Source: Phoronis australis
Lineage: Eukaryota > Animalia > Phoronida
Assembly (NCBI GenBank): GCA_002633005.1
Contig: NMRA01000796.1
Span: forward strand, 18,389-82,388
Length of the DNA: 64,000 bases
Direction: 5' to 3'
Under the pieces are notes generated by a model. The model made no database searches and was not told the origin of the DNA. It saw only the letters and a program-made list of their open reading frames with translations. Both the position numbers and the translations under genes were made by a program. Positions 50,350-62,002 of the stretch are shown here, one piece after another (positions within the stretch are counted from its first letter, which is position 1; each line of letters opens with the position of its first letter).

Positions 50350-50819
50350 TGTGTATATGTGCAGCTAGGTCACTTCTTAAATGATCTGTAAACAGGAAGA
50401 AACGAATTACAAGAGAATAAGATTACATCATATATTGTCAGGGTTGGAGCCCAGTTAGGGGAACACATTTTCCCAGATTTAACTATAGGTTACGTCATGT
50501 GACCAACAAAAATTGTTTTGTAAGAAGATCATTCGTTACCTGTGATGGAAATATGGAAAGTTAAAGTGGAAAAAATGTCACAACACATATTTTCTATTCA
50601 AGAATTAAAAACTGCAGGACCAAACAAACACCCCAAACCAGAATTTATCACGTTAGCACCAAAATTTAACAGACAGAAAATTTATCACACCAGGATAGAA
50701 ATTTTTTGTGCCAGGAGACCACGTGACCATCCAGAAAGGAATGTTCACGAATATTTGGACAATGACCAAGAGAGTGGCAATCTCAGAGAGCCTGTATCAT
50801 AGCAAATCATTCCCATAGA

Positions 50820-51570
50820 CAAGAGACTACTCACAGAGAGCCTGTGTCTGTAGTACGCACAGAGAGGCTTTTTTTCTGTAGCACTCACAGAGAGGCTTTT
50901 TTCTGTAGCACTCACAGAGAGGTTATGTCTGTATAGTACTCACTGAGAGGCTGTGACTGTAGTACTCACAGAGAAGCTGTGTCCGTAGCACTCACAGAGA
51001 GGCTGTCTTTAGTACTCACAGAGAGGCTGTGCCTGTAGCACTCACTGACAGAAAGGCTGTGTCTGTAGCACTCACAGAGAGGCTGCGTTACTCACTGAGA
51101 GGCTGTGTCTGTAGTACTCAAAGATAGGCCGTGACTGTCACAACGAGGCTGTGCCTGTAGTACTCACAGAGAAGCTGTGTCCGTAGCACTCACAGAGAGG
51201 CTGTCTTTAGTACTCACAGAGAGGCTGTGCCTGTAGCACTCACTGACAGAAAGGCTGTGTCTGTAGCACTCACAGAGAGGCTGTGTTACTCACTGAGAGG
51301 CTGTGTCTGTAGTACTCAAAGATAGGCCGTGACTGTCACAGCGAGGCTGTGCCTGTAGTACTCACAGCGAGGCTGTGCCTGTAGTACTTACAGAGAGGCT
51401 GCGTTACTCACTGAGAGGCTGTGTCTGTAGTACTCACAGAGAGGCTGTGTCTATAGTACTCACAGAGGCTGTGCCTGTAGCACTCTAAAGAGAGGGTGTG
51501 TCTGCAGTACTCAAAGAGGCTGTGTCTGCAATACACACAGACAGGTTGTTATCTGTAATTACTCAGAGAC
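50820..51570. repeat. Minisatellite, ~26 bp unit, with a ~200 bp higher-order duplication
   Basis: TGTAGTACTCACAGAGAGGCTGTGTC variants. Confidence 0.9.
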
Positions 51571-53229
51571 TATGTCTGTGACCGTCCTTTTCAAGTCTAT
51601 ATGTGTCTCTGTTGTAAAGTGTGGAAGAGCAAGACATCAGAAATGCCGTGTTGAGTCTCATTGCCCTGATAATATAGTCGTTGTCGAGACATTGATGAAC
51701 TCTTAGCCCTTGTGTACCTAATGGTCAGTGGCGTGGAATTTTTGGACCTGACTGAGATGTGTTAAATTTTTGGTCGTAGAAGTAATTTTGGTCCTGACGT
51801 GTTAAATTTTCAGTCCTAATGTGATAAATTATAGGTCTTGACGTGATAAATTCTGCGTTTTAAGGTGATTGGTTATAAGCCATAACATAACTTTTTGGTT
51901 CCGATGTGTTAAATTTTGGTCTCGAGGGTTTTTTCGTCTTGGAGATTGAAAATAACATTTTGGACTGTTTTTAATTCTTTACATAAGTGGTATTGGGGTA
52001 TTTATTTTTGGACCTGCAGAGTAAAACAAATGTTTTGGTCTGTATTTAATTTCTGCATAAAAAATATGTAACCTGGAATTTTTTTTCACTTTGGCTTTCC
52101 TTTCAGTAATGACGTCTATTGGTTAAGCCGAGATAAACATGCTTCAGAAAACTGTTCTGCTTCACTGTACAGGGGATGCCTATTTCTTAGAATAAAGGTG
52201 AATCCCATATTGGTCACTTCTGATGATGAAACTTCATTTTACATTTTAATTGCGTTTGACTTTGGACCCCTAAATTAGCTCATTTTAGAACATCCTTAAC
52301 ACATAATTGTGTACAAAAACGAGCATTGGCAGAGAATTTGTATTCCACTTTATCTTGTTTCTATCCAATAAGAATATCAAATTAAATAAGTTTCAGCTTG
52401 AATATTACTACAGATGTCAATTTGAACTTATAGTTTTAAACCTTTGGCTTTAGCCTTGGGCGATTTTAGGCGATCCAAATGAAAATAATTGAGGACGAAG
52501 ACGCGGAAACTAAGGATGCATTGCTCGAAGAAAAAGTTTGATAACGGGAGTTCGAGTTGGAAGGAATCAAATACATCGAAGATCTCCTAACTGACCTAAG
52601 CCTTATCATAAGGCTAAGTGCCCCTCTAAATGGCTTTATGCGCAAAAGGTATTTTAAACAACATGACTTTGATGTTTTAGTAAGTGTGGGGCTATATATA
52701 GCTCGTGCAATGAGAGTGAAACACTGTAAATACATAACTTAGTTGTGTAACGTACTGTGCAGTGTTTAAGTGTTTGTACTTACTAACTCCCGAGTAAGTT
52801 TAACTCCCGAACTCTAAGAGCCTAGACCACAGATCGTATCTATTCTTCCTTTCCTAAACGTGGCGCAGGTCACGTTAGTAGGCCATCCGACCAGGTTAAC
52901 TAGGTCGGCTGACCAAGTTAACTTGGTCGGCTTACACGGTCGGACCTCGCAGGCTAGAAGTAGACGACCGAGTTGCAAGTTACCGTTGATACCTGAATGT
53001 TTGCCATAGTGTTATAATATGAACGGTTCCACCAAACACGTTTTTTTGAAATAAGATTTCATTTCTATTACTGTTATCGTTAGGACCTCATGTGGCGCCA
53101 AAATAACTCTGGCCGACAAAAATCTTTATTTTTATCTTTTGAACAGGAAATACATGTAGAGCACCCGTAAGCACGACCCGGTCACGGGTCGATCAGCCGG
53201 GCGTGGGAGCACCCAAACATATGTATAAT

Positions 53230-53326
53230 CACAGGCGTCCTCAGCTTCTGATCGTCCCCAATACACTACATATAATACTACTATATGTAGTGTATTGGGG
53301 ACGATTAGAAGCTGAGGACGCCTGTG
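53230..53326. repeat. Near-perfect hairpin with 45-bp arms; related copy at 121-183
   Basis: CACAGGCGTCCTCAGCTTCTGATCGTCCCCAATACACTACATATA, 7 nt loop, reverse complement with one G-T pair. Confidence 0.9.
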
Positions 53327-55136
53327 TGTATAATATACACAACGCCACGAATCAAACATTTATATGTCACATCTTACTTTAACCATTTCATCTGCTTTTC
53401 ACAGTCGAGATATTAACCAACTTTTGCGGCACAATACACTGTAGTCTTTGCTTGCAGGTTTACTTGGTCCGGTCTGTCCCACCGGCCGGGACTCAGGCTG
53501 AGTGCGCTGCATGACGTGATCAAACTAGCAGAAACAAAAGATATTTCACTTTTTGTCCAAAGAATGCTCCTTTTTGTTAAAAGTTTGGATATCTAGAATC
53601 GTTTTTCGTGCTTTTCACTGTTCAAAAACTATTACGTTTTTTGTGTCTCTTACTTGGCTTGACCGGCACCCGCACATGACCACGCTGAGAAGCCGCGCCT
53701 CCCCCCTAATTCATTGGCAACGGGTCTAACCGATGTTTTGAAAATTCTCAGTGACAAAACTTTCGTCTATATTGTAATTACTGATTGTTGGCAACTTTCT
53801 GCCGAGTCCATAGAACACAATCCGAAGCTATTAGCGGCGGTCTCAAAACAAGTTTCTTAGGCTATAAAGTTTTACTAGGACTGGAGTGAGTGCATGGCTA
53901 TACCTGACTTGAGGAGGTCGAGACAATACTTAACGCCAATGAAAAGAAATTAATTTCATTTGACGTGTACCCAGCAACTCTAACAAAACCATTACCATTT
54001 CTACGTGTCTCTAGAAAGTTATCAGCCAATTTTTACGGCTTAATACACTGTAGTTTTGCTTGCAGCGGGTTTACTTGGTCCGGCGGTCTGTCAACGGCCG
54101 ACCGAGTGTGTTAATTAAGACGTCATCAAACTTACGGAATCTGAATATTTCAAAGGTTCTTTCAACTTTTCTTCAAAGATCGTTTCTCGTGTTCGCATTT
54201 TTGAAGTGTACAGTCGTTTTTCGTGCTATTCACGGTTCAAAAACAGTTACAATTTCTCACGTTTTGTTCTAAATTTTACTTGGGCTGCATGGCTACTTAT
54301 AAGGTCCAGACAGCACACTTAACGCCAACGAAAAGTAATTTATTTCGTTTGATATGTACCCAGCAGCGCCGACCAAGCCATTACCCCCTTCTACGTGTGT
54401 TTAAAAAGTTATCAAAAGTTTTCTGCGACTCAATACACTTTAGCCAGTATTCCTCGCAGGTTTAATTACTTCAGTGGTCCGATCTCGTCACAGGCCGGAC
54501 CGAGTGCACTGTGGATCAATCTCCCGGGTTGGCTAGGCCAGGAAGTCCGGACACTGAACGTACTTGACGCCCATGATAAGTAATTAATTTCATTTGACAT
54601 ACATTGTATACCCAGTATCTCCAACGTAACGTTTCTACGTGCCTCTAGAAAGTCACCAACCAACTTTTACGGCCCAATACACTGTAATTTTTCTTGCATT
54701 TTTACTTGGTCCGGTCTGTCAACGGCCGCGCGACCGGAGTGCGTTTGACGTCATCAAACTTGGGAACCTAAATATTTCAAAAGTTCTGTCAACTTTTCAA
54801 GTTCTTCAAAGATCGCTTTTCTTGACGGCTACATTTCGTGCTTTTCACGGTTCAAAAACAATTACCTTTCTTGAACTCGTCCCGCACTTTGTGCTGCCGT
54901 CGGTGTCAACTCTCAGGCAACGGTCTATCGACGTACGTTTAACAAATTCACAATGTCAAATTTTTCGTCTATATTTATGATTGATCGTTGACAACTTCAA
55001 GGCGAACCCTATAGGATACAGTCATGCCCTATTTGCGTCGCACTAAAGCATGAAGTTTCTTTTTAAATTGCACATAGGCCTAGTCTGGCTTCAACGGTAC
55101 AAAAGGTAAGGACACAATACATGTAGGCCTACTTAA

Positions 55137-56806
55137 AGGAGCATGCCACCCAAAAAACAACCTATTTTGTATCAATTTAGATCGAGTAGTACTCCATAAC
55201 GACACGTACGGTTGCGTTACCTGACACCGGCCTGACGGCAGACGGACTGGTGTTGAACTTCCAATGACGTCATCGGTGTCACACGCAGTCTGTTCAGCAG
55301 TTCACAACACGGGTTACTGGTGTCAGCTTATCGCTTAAAGTCATCGATTAACACCAATAAATCATCAAACTTCGATGTAAAACCCTTAAAAATACACCGA
55401 GTTCTTATAAAAACGTGTTGTTTTATTTCGCTCCTACGGATTTATTGGTATTTGGACACACCGTAGCCTACAAAGTTCGGCAGGCCAATAAGGTCGGTAA
55501 CAGGAGTTTGGGGTCTGTTCGGAGATAACTTCGAAGTATTTTCTGTGAGATACAGACAGGAGAACCTAGATCGGTGTTGTTTAGACTAATGATTTTTTGA
55601 GTTCTAAACACAAAACGCTTTTTATCCTGGCTAGCTAGTGGCTCGGAGCCCGATCAAGCCCGTCGCGGCCGGCCGGATCGACTTCATTGTTATCCCGGCC
55701 AGTGGTTCGGAAACTGATCAGACATTACGAACATAAACCAACCGAAGTTCAGTGGAAACTAAACTTCGAGTCAAGAAAATACTATACTACTGAGTCAAAG
55801 TAATGTTCACGTGATTATCTTGGTGAATTAGCTACGAAACTGCAAATCTACTCACTCGTCGGGGGCTGCGAATTCACTCGGGTTCCGCTTTGGTCACTGC
55901 ACCGTCTGGGCAGTTGTACATTGACAATCATTATTTGAATAATGTAAACGTAAATAAAGACCCCCTAACACTTAGCCGTGGCATGGCCGGAAATCGAGTT
56001 GTTTCACAACAGTTTCTGCCAGCAAACACTAAATTAGCATGCAGTCACACGGCCTCGGTGTCCCGTCAATTAGTTTTATTGCACCTAAAGCCGGTAACGC
56101 AGTGATTTATTCATTGCTGGCTTCTCAAATGCTTTGCACTCACAAATACTCCAAAGGCATTACAAATTGCATCTAATGAGACAGACTTTGTTTCAGTTGG
56201 TTAGGGTGAGAAGGCATTTTGAAACAGAACGCTCACAGAACTGAACGCCAACATGGCAACTCGCAATCCCGACTTAGGACAAGCTAGAGCTCATCAGTCA
56301 AAACTTCGCAGGTGGATCGTTAAGTTTTACAGGCTATCAATTCGAACAGGAATACAATGATGAAGAAATACTAGAGAGGGCGCCGTGAACAAGCTCAGAC
56401 AACGGAACATGGAGTTATTGGTAAGCCGGCATTCGTCAAGTGCTGAGGCACTGTCGACGTCTGCATGCCACAAACACGGAGATGTTTCAGGGCCTCATAC
56501 TTGCTATTTACAGCGTACATTTCATTCTTCACTACCATGAACCACTTCTTAAGCATTTCGGACTCTCGAGGAAGTAAAAAAAAACGATATACCCGCTTTC
56601 CTCGCAGCTGCTTAGTTCGGACAACGCAACATAGCGGCATTCGCTCTGCATACGAACCACTGACGTCGCTAGTGTCGTTTCTCACCTTCCTCACAGGTTA
56701 ACGCGACACCTCTTGGCAAGGTAAGGTCGACCGTATGCTAGACGATGTGGATATAGACCGATTAAGACGGCAAAAAAGACTAAGTTAAATCGGGTGGCAT
56801 TCTCCT
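55137..56806 (-). mobile_element. Non-autonomous Kolobok-type DNA transposon (~1.67 kb) with degenerate THAP remnant
   Basis: TTAA|AGGAGCATGCCACCC ... GGGTGGCATTCTCCT|TTAA. A paralogous empty site ACTTAACGCCAATG near 53928 supports the TTAA duplication. Minus-strand remnant MPLCCV..FFLLP..MLKKW..LRVC. Confidence 0.85.
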
Positions 56807-59800
56807 TTAACGCCAATGGAAAGTTCGTTTATTTCGTTTGACATGTACCCAGGAGCTCCAACAAAGCCATTACCCCTTCTACGTGTCTCTACAAACTTAT
56901 TAACCATTTTTTACGACTCAATACAGTGTGCTTTCCTTGCAGGTTTACTTGATCCGGTCTCGTCGCTTGCCGGCCCGGCCGGCGGACCGAGTGCGCTGTG
57001 ACGTCATCAAACTCGACGAATCGGAATATTTCGTTAGTTATTTCACTTTTCCTTCAAACACCGCTTTTTCTATTCGCATTGTCCATGTCCAGAATAGTTG
57101 ATCATGCTGTTAACTGAACAACAGAAAACCATTACGTTTTTTTGTATCGTTCACTTGGCTTGACACCACGAGTATCAGTTGGCACCGCCTTGACCAGACC
57201 GTCTTTCGACGTACGTTTTGAAAATTTTCAGTGGCAAATTTTTCGTCTATATTTGTAATTAGTGATAGTTGACAAGTTCATGCTGATTCACATAATACAT
57301 TCCCACTCTATTTGCAGTTCAGAAAACATAAATCTTTATATTCTTTTAAGTTTTACTTTGGCTGACCGTGAGGACCAGTGACGACAAAATTGGTGTCCAT
57401 GAAAAGTAATTAATTTAATTTGTACTCAGTAGGTTAAAAAAAACCTTCTACTTGTGTCTAGAAAGTTGTCAGCCAATTTTTACTTTTCAATACATTGTAA
57501 TTTTGCTTACAGGCTTACCTGGTCCGGTCTTGTCACCGTGACCTGCCAGGAAACTACAGTGTATTGAGCCGTAAAATTGGTTGATAACTTTGGGGAGACA
57601 CGTAGAAGATGTGATATTTTTGTAGCTACTGGCTACATATCAAATGAATTCCTTTTCGTTGCCTGCAATTATCTCGTTTCGACAGCTATTGGCTCCTAGT
57701 AAACAACCTCCGAGATTGATGACGTCACATCACACTCGGTCCGGACGCCGGTTGACACTGAGACCGGACCAAGTAAACCTGCAAGGAAAACTGCACTATA
57801 TTGAGCCGTAAAAACTGGTGGTTAACTTTCTAGAGACACATAGAAGAGGTTACCGTTGTCTGAGTTCATTGGTCACCGTGACCCGGCGACGCAATGACTC
57901 GTGGTTTCAAGCCAAGTGAACGAAACAACTGAGAATGAATTGTAATTGTTTTTGAACCGCGACTGAAGAGCACAAAAACGAGTGTAGACGTCAAAAATGT
58001 GAACAGGAAAAGCGATCTTTGATGAAAACTTGAAAGAACTTATTACATATTCGGATTTCGCGAGTTTTATCACGTCTGAGCGCACTTGGTCCGGCCGTTG
58101 ACAGACCAGACCAAGTAAACCTGCAAGCAAAACTCAACGGTATTGGGCAGGGTTGATAACTTTCTAGAGACATGTAGGAGAGTTAAAGTTTTTGTTCGCG
58201 AAGCTGGCTACATTTCAAATGAAATTAATAACTTTTCATTGGCGTCAAGTAGCCTATATCGTCCGAACCTCTTGCATGTTAGCCAACCTGCGAGTTTGAT
58301 GACGTCACAGCCCACTCGGTCCGGCCTGCCGGGACGAGACCAGACCAAGTAAACCTACAAGCAAAACTATAGTGTATTGAGCTTTAAAATTAGTTGTTAA
58401 CTTTCTAGAGACAGGTAAAAGAGGCAACCGTTTCTTTCGGATCTGTTGGGTAAATGTCATATGAAATTGAATACTTTTCTTTGGCGTCCGGACTTCCTGG
58501 TAGCCAACCCGGGAGTTTGATGACGTCACAGCGCACTCGGTCCGGCCGTTGCAGAGACCGGACCAAGTAAACCTGCAAGCAAAATTTCAATTTATTAAGC
58601 CGTATAAATTGGCTGATAACTTTCTAGACACGCAGACGATGTAATGGTTACTGGGTAGTACACGTACGTCAAATGAAATTAATTTCTTTTCATTGGCCAT
58701 AAGTATTGTCTCGACCGCCTCACTCAGTGGTAGGGTAGCCAGCCCAAGTAAAACTCAGAAAGAAACTTTATGTTTTGAGAAACTAATAACTTGAAATTGT
58801 ATTTATGGTATCAGCAGGAAGTTGCCAACAATAAGTAGTTACAAATATACACGAAAATTTTGCCACTGAGAATTCATTTCAAAACACTGCCAATGAATCC
58901 GAGGTAGTGCTCAACACTCGTGGTATCAAGGCGAGTGAGAGACCTGACAAAAACATAATAGTTTTTTAACAGAGAAAAGCACCAAAAACGATTTTAGATA
59001 TCGGGAATTTAAACAAAAGACGAGTAATTGTTACATCTTATGATTCTGCTGGTCCGGCACACCACTGAGACCAGACCAAGTAAACCTGCACAAGCAAACC
59101 TACGCTATAGAGCAGTGAAAATCGGTTGATAACTTTCTAGAAACACGTAGAAGAGTCAAAGGTTTTGTTGGAGATGCTTGGACTTTTCATTGGCGTCAAG
59201 TATGTCGTCCAGACTTCCAGTATAGCCGGCCCGGCAGTTTCAGACGACAGCCACTCTGTCCGGCGTGTGAGGAGACCGGACCAAGTACCTGCAAGGAATA
59301 CTGACGTGTATTGAGTCGCAGAAAACTTTTGACAACTTTCTAGACAGGACACGTAGAAGGGGTAATGGCTTTGTTGGAGCTGCTGGGTACATGTCAAACG
59401 AACTAAATTACTTTTCAATTGTCGTTAAGTAGCCTATGCTGCGGTCTGGGCTTGGAGCCGTCAGTGGTAGCGATCACCGGTGGCAATTAGTCAAACGAAA
59501 TTTAATAACATATCTGACTGTATCCTGGGGTATCAGCATGAACTTGTCAACAATCAATCATTACAAATATAGACCAAAATGTAGCCTTTATATAGCGTTG
59601 TGGTCCCGGCGGCGCAACACCGGCGTACTACATGACGGTCTTTCAGTTCTAGCCGATTGAGGATACAACTGAAGAATAAAGGTGAAAAGCACGAAAAAGG
59701 ATTGTAGACATGAATGTATTGAGTCGTAAAAATTGCTTGACAACTTTCCAGACTTTTAAGGGGTAATCCTTTCTTTTGGAGGAGATTGATTGCGTTTAAC

Positions 59801-60699
59801 GTACTTGACGTCAAGTATGTCAGCCGGGATTCCTTCAAGTTACTGTTGAAGTAAAACTTTGAAGAGAAAGTAATGTTTTTTGACAGCAAATAGTGTCTGA
59901 GTGTTCTATGGAATTTGTGTGAAGTTATTAACGATCACTAATTCCAATTAAGAGTTTGCCACTCGATTTTCAAAAATATCTCTAGACCTATATATGTCAA
60001 AGTAGACCCCGCCGCGGCGTTGCAAGGCCTAGGCCAGAGGGGTTGGTGTCGAGCCAAGTTCCGTAATGGTTTTCTAACAATGAAAAGCACGACAAAGGTT
60101 ATAGGCGTCGAAAATGTGAAAAAGCAGATGAAAAGATATAAGTTAGATGTGGAATCTAAATGTTTGATTCGTGGCGGGATCCAGTCGATGGTGCTCGTCC
60201 CTCGCCCTGCCCGCGCGGCCGTGACTCATGCAGTTGCTTACTCTATTTCCTGTTCAAAACATTAAAATGAAGATTTTTGTAGGTCATAGTTATCTTGGCG
60301 CCTCATGAGGTCCTAATGATAACGTGTTCATAAAAATGAAATCTAATTTCGAAAAACCGTATTTGATAGAACCGTTCACATTTTTAACACAATGGTAAAC
60401 ATTCGGATATCAACGGTACATTGCCACTTGGTAGGAGATATCTACTTGGTCTGCCAGGTCCGTCCGTGTAAGCCGACCAAGCTCACTTGGTCGGGTAGCC
60501 TACTTGGTCTGCACTAATGCTTCTCGAGTTACCAACTTAAGTTACTATTAGGAAGTTGCGTCCGAGAGAAGACGTTTTAAAATGCATCGAACTCTTCTCT
60601 TTGGGAAGTCACGTATGTGTCGTTTATGTTTGCCAATTCCGGTTCCGGTTTTTGCAATATTTTGAGTTTTGTATAAATTTAGTCAATTTAGTGACCAGC

Positions 60700-60959
60700 A
60701 TGACAAGAAGATACTGTGTGTGCATGGGTTGCCCAAATAATCGAAGAGATGTGCCACGCAATGTAACTGTTCACAAGTTCCCTGACGATATTAAAATAGC
60801 GGAAAAATGGATCAAATTTGTCCTCCATAGGCGACCACATTTCGATGCCAAGTCGATTCAGAGCAAGGGCTGGTTTGGATTGTGTGACCTTCATTTTGCA
60901 GATGACTGCGTGGATCCCCGAGTAAAACTCAAGATTGCTTCTGGGGTATTTCCTAATAT
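60700..60959 (+). CDS. THAP-domain first coding exon (MTRRYCVCMGCPNN...HKFP...KW.KFV...CDLHF)
   Basis: Full C2CH THAP signature lacking only the AVPTIF box; ends AT|GTAAGT (phase 2). No downstream exon identified in the window. Confidence 0.8.
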
Positions 60960-61500
60960 GTAAGTTTCTTTAATGCGTGTGTATAGATAGGCAACACGGG
61001 CTGCAATACTGCACATCTGTTTCAAGTACGAATCGTGTAGAAAGTGGGTGAATCCACTTTTAAACACAGTGCTTGGTCATCAACTGTCATGTCATACCTG
61101 CTAATAAAGACTTCCCCCACTCTTTTCCAGTGAACTAGTTACGTGGTCTTGGTTGAAATTGGGAAGTTCAAAATAATGCACCAGCTTCATTCGAAATAAA
61201 AGTGAAGGAATTGATTCTTTTTATATTTTTCAAGTTGAATACGTACATTAGCTATGAAACTAGTTGTAATTGTTAAATTAAAATTATGTGACAGATGCTA
61301 AAAGATGGGAAATAAAATCTTGGTGCTTGTGTCGAACTTGGGTCACATGTCTGTGTTCTGTTGTGATTTAATACACAGATTCTCGTGCAGCTTATCTTTA
61401 CTCATATGAAAGCTTGAATACACGCTTGAGATGAAGATCCCCAAACGCAGACGTCCTGCGTGCCACACGAAGAGAAAGACCTCTCTTGATTCCCCAGTCA

Positions 61501-61906
61501 TGTGACAATACTAGAACTTACAACATCCGGCCACTGACGGAAACCCACGGACGAACAAGAACACACAAGACAACACGAAAGACAAGACCACACAAACCAA
61601 CATTCACAACATTCCTCCCCTCCCTAAATAGAAGAATGATAAAAAAACACCACCCAACCTTTACTCCCCCCTTAACTAATGAAATAGTAAAAAAATGACC
61701 AATGTCTAATATACATTATGAAAAATTAAGAACTATACTACGAAAAATACTAGAGTAACTAAAACCTATGTGGCCGGATTTACAATAAAAAAATAAACAC
61801 TTCACAAAAGTACGTGACTGGGGATACTTGAAAAGTTGAAAAATACTAGAACTTTACAAGGTACATATGGTCAAAAAAATTAAACTTGTTACAAGAAGAA
61901 GTTACT

Positions 61907-61954
<48 letters not shown>

Positions 61955-61969
61955 CATATACATACATAC

Positions 61970-62002
<33 letters not shown>

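Larger units (their letters stand above)
52863..60514. repeat. Large modular inverted repeat (foldback-like), centre near 57540
   Basis: 52880-53140 is the reverse complement of 60260-60510; 53560-54085 matches 58555-59030 in reverse. Modules GCAGGTTTACTTGGTCCGG lie left of 57540 and CCGGACCAAGTAAACCTGC right of it. Confidence 0.8.

Noticed and set aside
52220-52232. CTGATGATGAAAC hammerhead-like core
   Set aside because: No stem II or flanking stems; likely chance.
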